From the NCBI GenBank assembly GCA_023256495.1, contig JAGDXY010000015.1:4892-36891 (forward strand): DNA of 32,000 bases, in the 5' to 3' direction. A model generated the notes under the pieces. The model was not told where the DNA came from and did no database searches. It worked only from the letters and a program-made list of their open reading frames with translations. This document shows positions 8,674-20,335 of the stretch, piece after piece. Origin of the DNA: Candidatus Micrarchaeota archaeon (GTDB taxonomy: Archaea > Micrarchaeota > Micrarchaeia > Micrarchaeales > CABMGC01). The translations under genes were made by a program, and so were the position numbers. Within the stretch, counting starts at the first letter, position 1. Each line of letters starts with the position of its first letter.

Positions 8674-8904
8674 ATGGATATAGGTATAGCTTTATCAGCT
8701 ATTGGTGCTGGAATAGCAATAGCAGGAGGTGCAGTTGGTACAGGTATAGCTCAGAGTAGCATTGGCGCAGCAGGTCTTGGATTAATATCAGAAAAGCCAA
8801 ATCAGTTAGGAATTGCACTTCTTTTTCTAGTATTACCAGAGACATTAGTAATATTCGGATTTGTAATAGCAATATTGATAATGCTAGCTACTGGTATAAT
8901 ATGA
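8674..8904 (+). CDS. atpK: A1Ao ATP synthase proteolipid subunit K (single hairpin c subunit)
   Basis: Gly/Ala-rich two-helix hairpin with the carboxylate in LPETLVIFG. The ATG at 8674 is preferred over the in-frame GTG at 8665 because GGTGA precedes it. Confidence 0.85.
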   Translation: MDIGIALSAIGAGIAIAGGAVGTGIAQSSIGAAGLGLISEKPNQLGIALLFLVLPETLVIFGFVIAILIMLATGII

Positions 8905-9437
8905 GCCTTCAAGAAATAATAAATCAAATAAAAAACGATGCAGAAAAGAAAGCAAATGAAATAATTGAAAATGCAAGAATTGCTGTAGAAAACATAAAAA
9001 GCGATACAAAGAATGAAGTCAAAAAAATTAATGAAGAATATGAGAGCCGTATATATAATGAAACAAATGCATTGAAGGAGGAATTAGAAAAAGAAATTGA
9101 AGCGAAAAGAAAAGGGCTTTTACTTAGCAAGAAAAAAGAGTTGCTTGATAAAGCAGTCACTGAGATAAGAGAAAGCTTGATAAAAGCTATTGAGAGCAAC
9201 ATAGGGTTATTTATCGATAAGGCAATAAAAGAGATGAAAAGTCTGGGCTATAGTGATGAAGATATAATTATATTATCAAAAAAGAAATTAGATCTAGATT
9301 ATAAAATAGAAAAGAGCAATACCTATGCAGTAAAGAGCAAAGATAATAAAGTAGTTATAGATCTTACACCAGAGAAAATATTAAAAGAAAATGAAAACCT
9401 AATAAGGGTTAAGTTATTAGAGGCCATGTCATTATGA
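8901..9437 (+). CDS. atpE: A1Ao ATP synthase subunit E
   Basis: Long charged N-terminal helix plus a globular C-terminus. ATGA overlap with atpK and operon position. Confidence 0.8.
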   Translation: MSLQEIINQIKNDAEKKANEIIENARIAVENIKSDTKNEVKKINEEYESRIYNETNALKEELEKEIEAKRKGLLLSKKKELLDKAVTEIRESLIKAIESNIGLFIDKAIKEMKSLGYSDEDIIILSKKKLDLDYKIEKSNTYAVKSKDNKVVIDLTPEKILKENENLIRVKLLEAMSL

Positions 9438-10399
9438 ATGCAAGCAAATATGCATATGGTTTTGTTAAAAGCCGCTGTATAAAAGACAATATTCTAGACA
9501 AAAGTATATTGTATGAAGTAGATAAAGCACCGTTGCAAGATGTCGTATCTATCTTATCTAATACTATCTATAGAGAAGGTTTAGTGATTTATAGTAACAA
9601 ACCAATTATGCTAATGCTAGATTATGCAATTACACATTCATTTTCAAAAGTCATAGAGAAACTTCTTTTGACACCACTCCCTTATTCAGATAAAAAATTG
9701 TTGCAATTAATTCTTTCAAGAAATGTTATGGAAAACTTAAAGTTATTATTAGAAGCTCATGCTAGTAATATAGAATTTGAAGAAATAAAAGACAAGTTAA
9801 TCTTTTTGAATAATTTTAATGAGCATGTAGCAAAAAGTATATTTGAAACACCAACAGCAGAGGTAATAAATTCATTTAGGATATTACCTTTTTCTATTTC
9901 TGATGATGATATAAGTGATTTGTTTAATATTAATATTGCATATGTAAGAGCGCTATATTATAATGCAATGAAAATAACTGATATTAGACTAAGAAAACTG
10001 TTATATAATGAGATAGATAGAAACAATGCAATATTATTGATAAAATCAAAAATTTCAAACATAGAAATAAATGTAGATTCTATTTTTAAAGGCAATATAA
10101 GCAAAGATAAGTTAATACAAATTTATAGATCTGGATCTCTTGAGGAGCTTGCAGAAGAATTAGGCCTAGCTGATGCTTATAATGCTTATTTATCTAGTGG
10201 CTGGCTTACATATTTTGATCTTGAAATGGATAAAAAATTAAAAGATATAACAAAGCAATTTAGCAGCGAAGTATTAACTTTAGGCTCTATAATATCTATT
10301 TATTATCTCAAATATTTTGAAACTCGCCTATTAAGACTTATAATAAGAAGCAAAGAACATGGTTTTAACTTAGATTTTTCTAGGTGGTATAATGTCTAA
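9434..10399 (+). CDS. atpC: A1Ao ATP synthase subunit C
   Basis: A 321-aa helical protein between E and F, with an ATGA overlap. N-terminal Y.Y...R pattern. Confidence 0.8.
   Translation: MNASKYAYGFVKSRCIKDNILDKSILYEVDKAPLQDVVSILSNTIYREGLVIYSNKPIMLMLDYAITHSFSKVIEKLLLTPLPYSDKKLLQLILSRNVMENLKLLLEAHASNIEFEEIKDKLIFLNNFNEHVAKSIFETPTAEVINSFRILPFSISDDDISDLFNINIAYVRALYYNAMKITDIRLRKLLYNEIDRNNAILLIKSKISNIEINVDSIFKGNISKDKLIQIYRSGSLEELAEELGLADAYNAYLSSGWLTYFDLEMDKKLKDITKQFSSEVLTLGSIISIYYLKYFETRLLRLIIRSKEHGFNLDFSRWYNV
10382..10387 (+). promoter_or_regulatory. Shine-Dalgarno-like AGGTGG for atpF
   Basis: AGGTGG lies 4 nt upstream of the ATG at 10392. Confidence 0.5.
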
Positions 10400-10712
10400 G
10401 ATTTTTGTTCTTGCAAATGAACCTATAGCAATATCATCTAAGTTATTTGGTATTAAGGATGCTGAGCTTGTAAATAATGTTGATGAACTTAAAGATAAAA
10501 TAATGAATTTAATTAATGAGAAAGAAAGAGGAATAGTAATGTTAACAAGCGATCTATACAATAAGCTAGATGATTCAATGAAAAGGACTATTGCCATATC
10601 TAATACACCACTATTTATAGTAATACCACTTTATAAGGAAGGTAAAACAGATTATATGTTAAGAGAAATAGTATTGAAGGCTTTAGGCATTGATATTATG
10701 GGGTTGGTATAA
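10392..10712 (+). CDS. atpF: A1Ao ATP synthase subunit F
   Basis: A 106-aa protein starting KIFVLANEPIAISSKLFGI, directly before atpA. Confidence 0.8.
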   Translation: MSKIFVLANEPIAISSKLFGIKDAELVNNVDELKDKIMNLINEKERGIVMLTSDLYNKLDDSMKRTIAISNTPLFIVIPLYKEGKTDYMLREIVLKALGIDIMGLV

Positions 10713-12433
<1,721 letters not shown>

Positions 12434-12437
<4 letters not shown>

Positions 12438-13813
12438 TAAAACCAGAATATCGTGGCATAGCTTCTATAGAAGGCTCTTTGTTAGTTATAGAAGGAGCTA
12501 ATGCAAGCTATAATGAGCTAGTAAAGATTAGACTAGATGATGGCAGAGAAGTTATTGGTCAGGTTATAGAAGTAAGTGAGAAGTATTCTGTAGTAGAAAT
12601 TTTTGGACCTAGCCTTGGTTTTGGTAGAGAAAATATAGGTGTAGTTTTTACTGGTGATACCTTTAAGTTTAGCGTAGGAAAGGATATGATTGGAAGAGTA
12701 TTTAATGGCAAAGGTGAACCTATAGATGTTGATCTTCCAATAAAAGAAGAAGAAAGATTAGATATAAATGGTCTTCCCATAAATCCATATGCTAGAGACT
12801 TGCCTAATGATTTTATAGAAACTGGTATATCGGCTATAGATGGATTGAATACATTAGTTATGGGGCAAAAACTGCCATTATTTTCAGGTTCAGGATTACC
12901 ACACAATGAGATTGTTGCTCAGATAATAAGACAAGCAAGTATACCTGGCAAAGAAGCAGATTTTCTTATTATATTTGCAGGAATAGGAATAACATACGAT
13001 ACCTATCTGTATTTCATGAAAGAATTTAATAAAACAAATGCATCAAGCAAGTTAATCTCTTTTGTAAACTTTGCTAGTGATCCAAGTATAGAAAGAATAG
13101 TAACTCCAAGGCTTGCTTTGACTACAGCAGAATACTTTGCATATAAAGAAGATATGCATGTATTAGTTATATTAGATGATATGACAAATTATGGTGAGGC
13201 ACTTAGAGAATTGTCAAGTGCAAGAGAGGAGGTTCCCGGTCGTCGTGGTTATCCTGGTTATATGTATACTGATTTAGCTTCATTATTTGAAAGAGCAGGT
13301 AAGATAAAGAATAAGAAAGGGGATATAACCCAATTGAATGTTGTAACATTGCCAGGGGATGATATAACACACCCAATCCCAGATCTAACTGGTTATATAA
13401 CTGAAGGCCAAATACTGCTAAGTAGAGAATTATTTAATAAAGGCATATATCCTCCAATAACTCCTATTGGGTCATTGTCTAGATTAATGAACAATGGTAT
13501 AGGAAATGGCAAAACAAGAGCAGATCATAGACAAGTTGCTGACCAACTTTATAGTGCTTATTCATTATCGTTAAATGCAAGGATGCTTAGCAGTATAATA
13601 GGTAAGGATTCATTATCTGATATAGAAAAACTTTATCTTGATTTTGGTGAACAATTTGAAAAGAAGTTCATTAATCAAGGAAGAGATGAGAGAAGAGATA
13701 TAGAGAAAACATTAGATATAGGTTGGGAATTGCTATCATTACTACCAGAATCGGAGCTTACAAGAGTAAAGCAGGAATTCATAGATAAGTATTATAAGGT
13801 GAAAAAATCATGA
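12434..13813 (+). CDS. atpB: A1Ao ATP synthase subunit B
   Basis: [37 protein letters not shown], with no canonical P-loop. ATGA overlap with atpA. Confidence 0.97.
13797..13802 (+). promoter_or_regulatory. Shine-Dalgarno-like AGGTGA for atpD
   Basis: AGGTGA lies 7 nt upstream of the ATG at 13810. Confidence 0.5.
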
Positions 13814-14424
13814 TAGAGCCAACAAGGATGAATCTTATATTAATGAAAAATAGGCTAAATAATGTTATTAAAAGTTCTAATATATTAGATATGAAAAGAA
13901 AGGTTCTTTTAGATCGATTTTTTAAGTATTTAGATAAACTTAAGAAAGAAAGAGAAGAAGAGAATAAATCAATAGATAGACTTTATGAAGCATATTTTAA
14001 TGCATCTGCATTTTTAAGCTCTTTTAGATTAATACAACTTGCTTATATAATAAATAGCAATGTCAATGTAGATTATAGCATAGAGAAATTAATGGGCGTA
14101 TCTTTGCCTAATATAAAAAGCGAGATAATAAGTAAATACAAAAATCTATTATTTGAAAGCCTTTCATTAGATGACATATATAATAGTTATTATAATATGT
14201 TTAATATTACATTAAAATATGCAGAAAATGAATATTCTGTTAGAGAGCTTGCATTAGAATTAGACAAGGTAAAGAGAAGGATGAATGCATTACGTTATAT
14301 AGTTGAGCCAACAATAAGAAAGAATATTAAGATCATAAATGAACATTTGGAAGAGATAGAAAAAAGCGATTTTTATATGAGAAAGCATATAAAAAATAAG
14401 TTAGAAAGGAATAAATCAAATTAA
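13810..14424 (+). CDS. atpD: A1Ao ATP synthase subunit D (central stalk)
   Basis: N-terminal [14 protein letters not shown]...[10 protein letters not shown] signature. Last gene of the operon. Confidence 0.85.
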   Translation: MIEPTRMNLILMKNRLNNVIKSSNILDMKRKVLLDRFFKYLDKLKKEREEENKSIDRLYEAYFNASAFLSSFRLIQLAYIINSNVNVDYSIEKLMGVSLPNIKSEIISKYKNLLFESLSLDDIYNSYYNMFNITLKYAENEYSVRELALELDKVKRRMNALRYIVEPTIRKNIKIINEHLEEIEKSDFYMRKHIKNKLERNKSN

Positions 14425-15119
14425 TTCTTCTTTGGTGCATTTGCTTCTCCTTGTAAGTATAGCTCAGTTGCTAGCTTGAATCTTGATACAGAATGTGCTA
14501 CTACTTTGCCATTACCTTCAAACTTTGCTAGAAATAAGCCTATGCCCCCAAACATTGCAGTTCTTATATTATCTACAAATGTTATTTTATAATTTAGGTT
14601 TGCATCGAATCCTGCTATGTGCCCTGGATCTATCTCTAATGGATTTGCTTCATCTATATTATATTCTATTACATCACCTACTACATGTATGAATACACTG
14701 CCAGGTCCTATAAATTTTTGTAAAACTAAACCTGCTCCACCAAATAATGCAGTTCCAAGACCTACTGTTTGTAGGCTAAATTTAACTTTATCTGTTGCTG
14801 CTAAAAATGCATAATGCTCAGCAACAAATTCTTGTCCTTCATCTAAGTTTATTGTATAAATTTTTCCTGGAAATATACCTGAAATAGAAACAGTAGCATT
14901 ATCGCTCATTGCTTCATATTCTGTTAATAATGCAGATGCACCAGTTACCTTTCTTTCTATAGCACTTATTATACCACCTGCTAATCTCGGGGTCATTTTT
15001 ATATTTGCTGACTTACTTACTAGCTTTCCAGAATCACTATAGATCTTTTCACCACTATTTAATGTTATTTTCAATGCTTGCATATTATGTCCTATTATTT
15101 CATATTGCATTTTTCTCAT
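14421..15119 (-). CDS. AIM24/DUF124 (TIGR00266-like) family protein
   Basis: MQYEIIGHNMQALKITL start and repeated Gly-rich beta motifs (LFGGAGLVLQKF, MFGGIGLFLAKF). The true start may be the ATG at 15110. Confidence 0.65.
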   Translation of the reverse strand: MRKMQYEIIGHNMQALKITLNSGEKIYSDSGKLVSKSANIKMTPRLAGGIISAIERKVTGASALLTEYEAMSDNATVSISGIFPGKIYTINLDEGQEFVAEHYAFLAATDKVKFSLQTVGLGTALFGGAGLVLQKFIGPGSVFIHVVGDVIEYNIDEANPLEIDPGHIAGFDANLNYKITFVDNIRTAMFGGIGLFLAKFEGNGKVVAHSVSRFKLATELYLQGEANAPKKN

Positions 15120-15729
15120 CTTTTATTCCAGCAATCTTTATACCTATAGCAGTGCCAAGCTTTTTATTATAGCCTAGATTTATTAGTAATAATGCCATTG
15201 GCTCTAGATATCTAGCCATTTTTAAATTGCCAACATCTACTGGAATAAATCCAATTTCTTTACCTAGATCCATAACTACTCTCTTTGCTTCTTCATCATC
15301 ACCAGCTACTAACAATGTCAATTTTTCTCTTCCAATCTTGCCTTTTGACATATTTTCAGCAAAAACTGTATTGAAAGCCTTTACTACTTTAGTGTTTTCT
15401 AATTTTTTGGCAACTTCTTCTGCTACTGATTCATTAAATCCTTTTGCCCATTCAAAATTTTCATCTAGTGCATTCATTACATCTATAACAACTTTATTTC
15501 TAGCTTTGTCTTTTATTTTTTGCAATATTTCATCAGATGCCTTATAAGGTATAGCTAATATTATTATATCTCCTTGTGCAGCTGCATCTTCTATATTAGT
15601 TACTTTTGCATTAATATCTACTTTTGCCATTTCTGGATTTCTTGAACCAAATATTACTTCATGTTTTTTGCTAAGTGCTTTTCCCAAATTTTTAGCTACA
15701 TTCCCAGTACCTATTATAGCTATTTTCAC
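15100..15729 (-). CDS. NADP oxidoreductase of the F420-dependent (NpdG/Fno-like) family
   Basis: N-terminal Rossmann motif KIAIIGTGNVAKNLG, about 210 aa, and the C-terminal pattern of the F420_oxidored family. Cofactor specificity is not determinable here. Confidence 0.65.
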   Translation of the reverse strand: MKIAIIGTGNVAKNLGKALSKKHEVIFGSRNPEMAKVDINAKVTNIEDAAAQGDIIILAIPYKASDEILQKIKDKARNKVVIDVMNALDENFEWAKGFNESVAEEVAKKLENTKVVKAFNTVFAENMSKGKIGREKLTLLVAGDDEEAKRVVMDLGKEIGFIPVDVGNLKMARYLEPMALLLINLGYNKKLGTAIGIKIAGIKDEKNAI

Positions 15730-15799
15730 ACCACCACCTAATTAAGATTAAACATTAAACTTTTTAAAGTTTTTAATAAAATAAAGATAGTGTGATTTT

Positions 15800-17656
15800 A
15801 TGCAAATACTACAATTAGATACAGAATATTTTGCATTTGAACCGATAAGTCCTGAAGCAGACGTATATGAAAAAGCTGAAAAAAAGCGTATAGAAACAAA
15901 TAATGCAATTGTCTTATTAATTGCTATTGAAAAAGGTGATGATGAAAAAGTGGCAAATAAAGCTATGAGCGATGTTATAGAATTTATTAAAAAAGAGCAT
16001 AGAGATAAATTAGTTATATATCCTTTTGCTCATTTAAGCGATAATCTTGCCAATCCTAATCTAGCAATGGAGCTAATAAATAAAATGGCTGATATTGCTT
16101 CTAAAGAGGGCATAGATGTAATAAAAGCGCCTTTTGGCTGGAATAAAAGGTTTGATCTTAAATTAAAAGGCCATCCACTTGCAGAGCTTTCTAGAAGATA
16201 TACACAAAAGAATGTAGAAGAAGAATCTAATGCACTAAAAGAAGAGTCAAAAGTAAAATCAACATGGTACATAATGGAAACAAATGGTGAGCTAATACCA
16301 GTTGATAAATACGATTTTACAAACCATGAAAATTTAAAGAAGTTTGCGGATTATGAAATGGCGAAAGTTAGAGCATATCAAGTTGCACCACCACATATAG
16401 CACTAATGAAAAAATTAGGAATAGCAGATTATGAACCTGGATCTGATGTAGGAAATCTAAGATTTTATCCAAATGGAAGATTAATAAAGAAGCTTTTAGA
16501 GCAATATGTTACAAGATCTGTTATAGATTATGGTGCTATAGAGGTAGAAACCCCAATAATGTATAATTATTCTCATCCTGCTTTACATGACTATTTACAT
16601 AGATTTCCATCAAGGCATTATGTTGTAAAATCTGATGAGAAAGAATATTTCCTAAGATTCTCGGCTGATTTTGGCCAATTTTTATTGATGCATGATTCTG
16701 TAATTTCATATAAGCAATTGCCATTTAGATTCTATGAACTTACTAGATATAGCTTTAGAAGAGAGCAAAGTGGTGAAGTAGTAGGTTTAAAGAGATTAAG
16801 GGCATTTACAATGCCAGATATGCATACTATGTGCATGGATCTAAATATGGCAAAAGATGAGTTTATTAAACAATTTGAATTTTCAAAAAAAGTATTAGAG
16901 GATATTGGCATTGACTATAATGATTATGAAGCTGCCATTAGATTTACAGAAGAATTTTATAAAAACAATAAAGATTTTATTGAATCTATAGTAAAAGAGC
17001 ATTTGAAAAAACCTGCTTTGATAGAAATGTGGAATTATAGATATGCTTATTTTGATCCAAAATTTGAATTTAATGTTATCGATTATTTAGGAAAGGCAAC
17101 TTCTTTATCTACAGTCCAGATGGATCATGAGAATGGCAAAAGATATGAAATGGTCTATATAGATAAAGATGGAAAAGAGCAATACCCAATAATATTACAT
17201 TGCTCTCCTAGCGGTGCTATAGAAAGAGATATTTATGCATTATTGGAATTAGCAGCAATAAATGAAAAGAATGGAAAAGTTCCTTCATTACCATTATGGC
17301 TTGCTCCAACACAAGTAAGACTATTACCAATAAGTGATAAGCATATAAAAAGAGCAGAAGAAATAGCAAACTTATTAGAATCATATGAGATAAGAGTTGA
17401 TATAGATGATATACCGTCTACATTAGATAAGAAGATTAGAAGGGCTGAAGAAGAATGGGTTCCTTATATCTGTGTTATAGGTGATGCAGAACTTAATAAT
17501 GATATATTAAGCGTTAGAATTAGGGAAGAGAGAAAACAAGAAAAGATGGATATTAAAACACTAATAAAAACGATAAATGAAAAAACTATTGGAAAACCAA
17601 AAGAAAAACTAACATTACCTAGATTACTATCTAAAAGACCTACATTTGGAAAATAA
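15800..17656 (+). CDS. thrS: Threonyl-tRNA synthetase, archaeal type with N-terminal editing domain
   Basis: Class II core motifs (FRREQSGEVVGLKRLRAFTMPDMH, HCSPSGAIER), a C-terminal anticodon-binding domain, and a ~140-aa archaeal-type N-terminal domain. Confidence 0.92.
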   Translation: MQILQLDTEYFAFEPISPEADVYEKAEKKRIETNNAIVLLIAIEKGDDEKVANKAMSDVIEFIKKEHRDKLVIYPFAHLSDNLANPNLAMELINKMADIASKEGIDVIKAPFGWNKRFDLKLKGHPLAELSRRYTQKNVEEESNALKEESKVKSTWYIMETNGELIPVDKYDFTNHENLKKFADYEMAKVRAYQVAPPHIALMKKLGIADYEPGSDVGNLRFYPNGRLIKKLLEQYVTRSVIDYGAIEVETPIMYNYSHPALHDYLHRFPSRHYVVKSDEKEYFLRFSADFGQFLLMHDSVISYKQLPFRFYELTRYSFRREQSGEVVGLKRLRAFTMPDMHTMCMDLNMAKDEFIKQFEFSKKVLEDIGIDYNDYEAAIRFTEEFYKNNKDFIESIVKEHLKKPALIEMWNYRYAYFDPKFEFNVIDYLGKATSLSTVQMDHENGKRYEMVYIDKDGKEQYPIILHCSPSGAIERDIYALLELAAINEKNGKVPSLPLWLAPTQVRLLPISDKHIKRAEEIANLLESYEIRVDIDDIPSTLDKKIRRAEEEWVPYICVIGDAELNNDILSVRIREERKQEKMDIKTLIKTINEKTIGKPKEKLTLPRLLSKRPTFGK

Positions 17657-17688
17657 AGGTTTAAAAACTTAATAACCAAAATAATATT

Positions 17689-17847
17689 ATGCCAGTATTA
17701 CAAACACCACAACAACAAGCAGGTGTATTGAGTTTTTATGATGCCCCAGAAAAAGGCCCATCTATCTCTTTTAAGGCATTTTTAGTTGTATCTTTTATAG
17801 TAGTATTAGCAATCTTAATTATAGATGGAATATTACTACGCTTATAG
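17689..17847 (+). CDS. secG: Preprotein translocase subunit Sec61beta (archaeal SecG)
   Basis: A 52-aa ORF that I translated by hand: MPVLQTPQQQAGVLSFYDAPEKGPSISFKAFLVVSFIVVLAILIIDGILLRL. It shows the G.L.FYD....GP.I.P pattern followed by a single C-terminal TM helix. It is absent from the ORF track because of its size. Confidence 0.7.
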   Translation: MPVLQTPQQQAGVLSFYDAPEKGPSISFKAFLVVSFIVVLAILIIDGILLRL

Positions 17848-17848
17848 A

Positions 17849-18637
17849 TTATGCAATTGCAAAGAAATCCCTTTTCTTTTCTATTATATCGCCATTAATT
17901 GCCATTATATATAATAATGTTCTTGTACCATCTTCATCTAGATTAATCTCATTACTTATTTCTTTAATACTTGCTACTCCCCTTTCTCTTAATATATTCA
18001 TAACTTTAGGAATATAATCATCGAGAAAAGACCTTTTTGCTATATAGTATTTTTTATTAAAGCCTCTTGTTCCAGTAACTAACCCCATTTTTATATCCTC
18101 TTCTAATAATTTAGATATAGCTCCAGCTTCTTCTTCTGTAGCTAGTACTAAATAGCCTTTTTCATCAAGCGTTTTTATAAGGGGGTTTTCCTCATTTTTT
18201 TGTTGTTTTTGTTCATTAAAAGTAGCACTTTGTTTTTGATCATTCTTTTTGCTTAAGTATCTCTCAAATATTTTATTATCTATACTATACCTCTTTATTC
18301 CATCGCTATCTTCAAATATTTTGACATAACCCTTTTTTATTAAAGAATTTAATAGCTTTTTTTCGTTTTCATTTAGCATATTATTTGTTGTATTTACTAT
18401 TCTATCTTTGAATTTTATCTCATTCAGCTTTTTTAATAACTCTATTTCTTCATTCTTTGAATCATTACCTTTAAGGAATTCATTTGTTATTTTTTTCATT
18501 GTTGTAAATAAGAATGCATTATTATTGTTGTTTATTGGTAAAAATTCTACTTCGTCTCCTTCATTAATTTTAAGCTTTTCTACTACATTTTGTGGTATAT
18601 ATATTGCATATTTTCCATTTATTTTATATACTCTCAC
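17849..18637 (-). CDS. Putative DNA-binding protein with an AbrB/SpoVT-like N-terminus and winged-helix-like C-terminal modules
   Basis: N-terminus MRVYKINGKYAIYIPQNVVEKLKINEGDEVEF resembles a swapped-hairpin AbrB domain. C-terminus KVMNILRERGVASIKEISNEINL...TRTLLYIMAINGDI looks like a wHTH. A Q/N/K-rich linker joins them. Confidence 0.45.
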   Translation of the reverse strand: MRVYKINGKYAIYIPQNVVEKLKINEGDEVEFLPINNNNNAFLFTTMKKITNEFLKGNDSKNEEIELLKKLNEIKFKDRIVNTTNNMLNENEKKLLNSLIKKGYVKIFEDSDGIKRYSIDNKIFERYLSKKNDQKQSATFNEQKQQKNEENPLIKTLDEKGYLVLATEEEAGAISKLLEEDIKMGLVTGTRGFNKKYYIAKRSFLDDYIPKVMNILRERGVASIKEISNEINLDEDGTRTLLYIMAINGDIIEKKRDFFAIA

Positions 18638-18667
18638 AATAATAGATTGGAAGAGAATCTTTAAATA

Positions 18668-19561
18668 TTATTTCCATTCCAAAAAGGACATACCAAATAT
18701 AATGAGTATTATTCCTGGTGTATATGAGAGCCATAATGATGGATTCGTTATTAATGTATAGATTAGTATAGGCAATAGCATAAGATCACTTATTATATAA
18801 CCTGTTGCTACAACTGTTTTGTTATTAAATGATTGCAATACCTTCATCATTGTAGTGTTGAGATAAAATGCTATAAACAGAGTGAAGCCTCCAGCAATTA
18901 GCCACAATAAATAATAACTACTTATCTGCATACTGATATTTACTTTTACTAATGAAATTAGTATCAAGAAAATAGCTACTTCGCTAGCTTGTATATAAAA
19001 GTTTATTGTAAACTTATTCTTTACCTTATTTGTTGAGAGGAAATATACAAAAGTACCAGAACCATAGAAGATAGCTGTTGGAAGACCATATTCTATAAGC
19101 TTAATAGCCAAATCTACAGATATTGTACTTAGTGATAGCGATTCATATATTAAACCCAATGTAATCAATATAGAACCTAATAAAATATTCTTTAATTTTT
19201 GATTATTTCTCTCTGTTAACAATAAGGCTAAGGTAAATACAACAATCTCTGCTGATGCAAATGAACTTGCAAACGAAACGCCATTAGAATTCATTACTAA
19301 GTAAAGCATATAGTTACCGCCAGCATACAAAAGACCACTTATTAATAAGTATAGAATTGCAATTTTATCATTTATTAGTAATTCATGCCTCGCAATAGTA
19401 AAATTCAATAAAGTAGATATTGTTTCAATTACTATTAATGGGAATATTGGAGCAAATATACCCACCTGATAGCTTGCTATAATTGAAAATAATATATACC
19501 AAAATCCGTATGCTAAAGCAACTCCAAATGCAAGAAGATAAGCATGTAATTTACTTGGCAT
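18668..19561 (-). CDS. Polytopic membrane permease (about 10 TM), possibly DMT/EamA-like
   Basis: A 297-aa hydrophobic ORF with two similar 5-TM halves. Its start directly abuts the upstream gene's stop. Confidence 0.4.
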   Translation of the reverse strand: MPSKLHAYLLAFGVALAYGFWYILFSIIASYQVGIFAPIFPLIVIETISTLLNFTIARHELLINDKIAILYLLISGLLYAGGNYMLYLVMNSNGVSFASSFASAEIVVFTLALLLTERNNQKLKNILLGSILITLGLIYESLSLSTISVDLAIKLIEYGLPTAIFYGSGTFVYFLSTNKVKNKFTINFYIQASEVAIFLILISLVKVNISMQISSYYLLWLIAGGFTLFIAFYLNTTMMKVLQSFNNKTVVATGYIISDLMLLPILIYTLITNPSLWLSYTPGIILIIFGMSFLEWK

Positions 19562-20323
19562 TTATTTCACTATTTTAATTATTGCTATTATGAGCAATAT
19601 TGCTATTATAATAATTATTATATTTAGATAATTGTTTATAAAATTAGAAAAGAAATTTATTATCTCTTGTTGATATGTCTCGTTTATTATATATTCAAAT
19701 TTAAAATTTGATAATGGTTCACTTTCATACCAAGAAAATATAGTTTGATTACTTATATTCATTAAAGATGTGGGGTAATCTGGCAATGGATAAATACTTA
19801 GTATATGTGCCCCTTTTGGTATTATAATATTGAGTTTTGTATTAGAAGGCAAAGCTATGCCGCTGGCAGTTAACGGAAAATTAAATATATTACTATATAG
19901 TTTATATTCAAACTCTCTTGGTGCTACTATGCTGCTATTTACTATATTTTTTGCTATGTAAGTTATTGTTATTGTTGCTTCACCACCATTTAGCGTAGGT
20001 ATAGCTAATGAGGGTATTAAAGAGAAATTAGATATTGATCCATTTGGATTAAAGATATATTCGCTCATGTTTGCATATAATGCTTTATTCCATTGTGAGA
20101 TTGATGCATTTAAAGATACTCTATATTCGTTAAATAATTTTATTGAATTAGAGTTCATATCTATATAGTAATTCTCTATTACCTTTCCATTAGTTGAATT
20201 ATTTAGAATTATGGTTATGTTAGTATAGCCTATCTTAAAATATGCATATAACATATCTATAGAAAACAAAAACAATAACAATAAAAGATATAGCTTCATA
20301 TTAAAAATTAATAAGAAAAGCAA
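19562..20323 (-). CDS. Secreted, sequon-rich surface protein with a C-terminal TM anchor
   Basis: Hydrophobic N-terminal signal-like segment, at least 10 N-x-S/T sequons counted by eye, and the C-terminal anchor IIIIIIAILLIIAIIKIVK. Confidence 0.5.
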   Translation of the reverse strand: MLFLLIFNMKLYLLLLLFLFSIDMLYAYFKIGYTNITIILNNSTNGKVIENYYIDMNSNSIKLFNEYRVSLNASISQWNKALYANMSEYIFNPNGSISNFSLIPSLAIPTLNGGEATITITYIAKNIVNSSIVAPREFEYKLYSNIFNFPLTASGIALPSNTKLNIIIPKGAHILSIYPLPDYPTSLMNISNQTIFSWYESEPLSNFKFEYIINETYQQEIINFFSNFINNYLNIIIIIIAILLIIAIIKIVK

Positions 20324-20335
20324 TTTAAATATATT

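Noticed and set aside
15757-15772. Palindrome AAACTTTttAAAGTTT in the divergent region between the NADP oxidoreductase and thrS.
   Set aside because: Seven-bp A/T-dominated inverted repeats are expected by chance in DNA this AT-rich. There is a single copy and no associated regulator gene.
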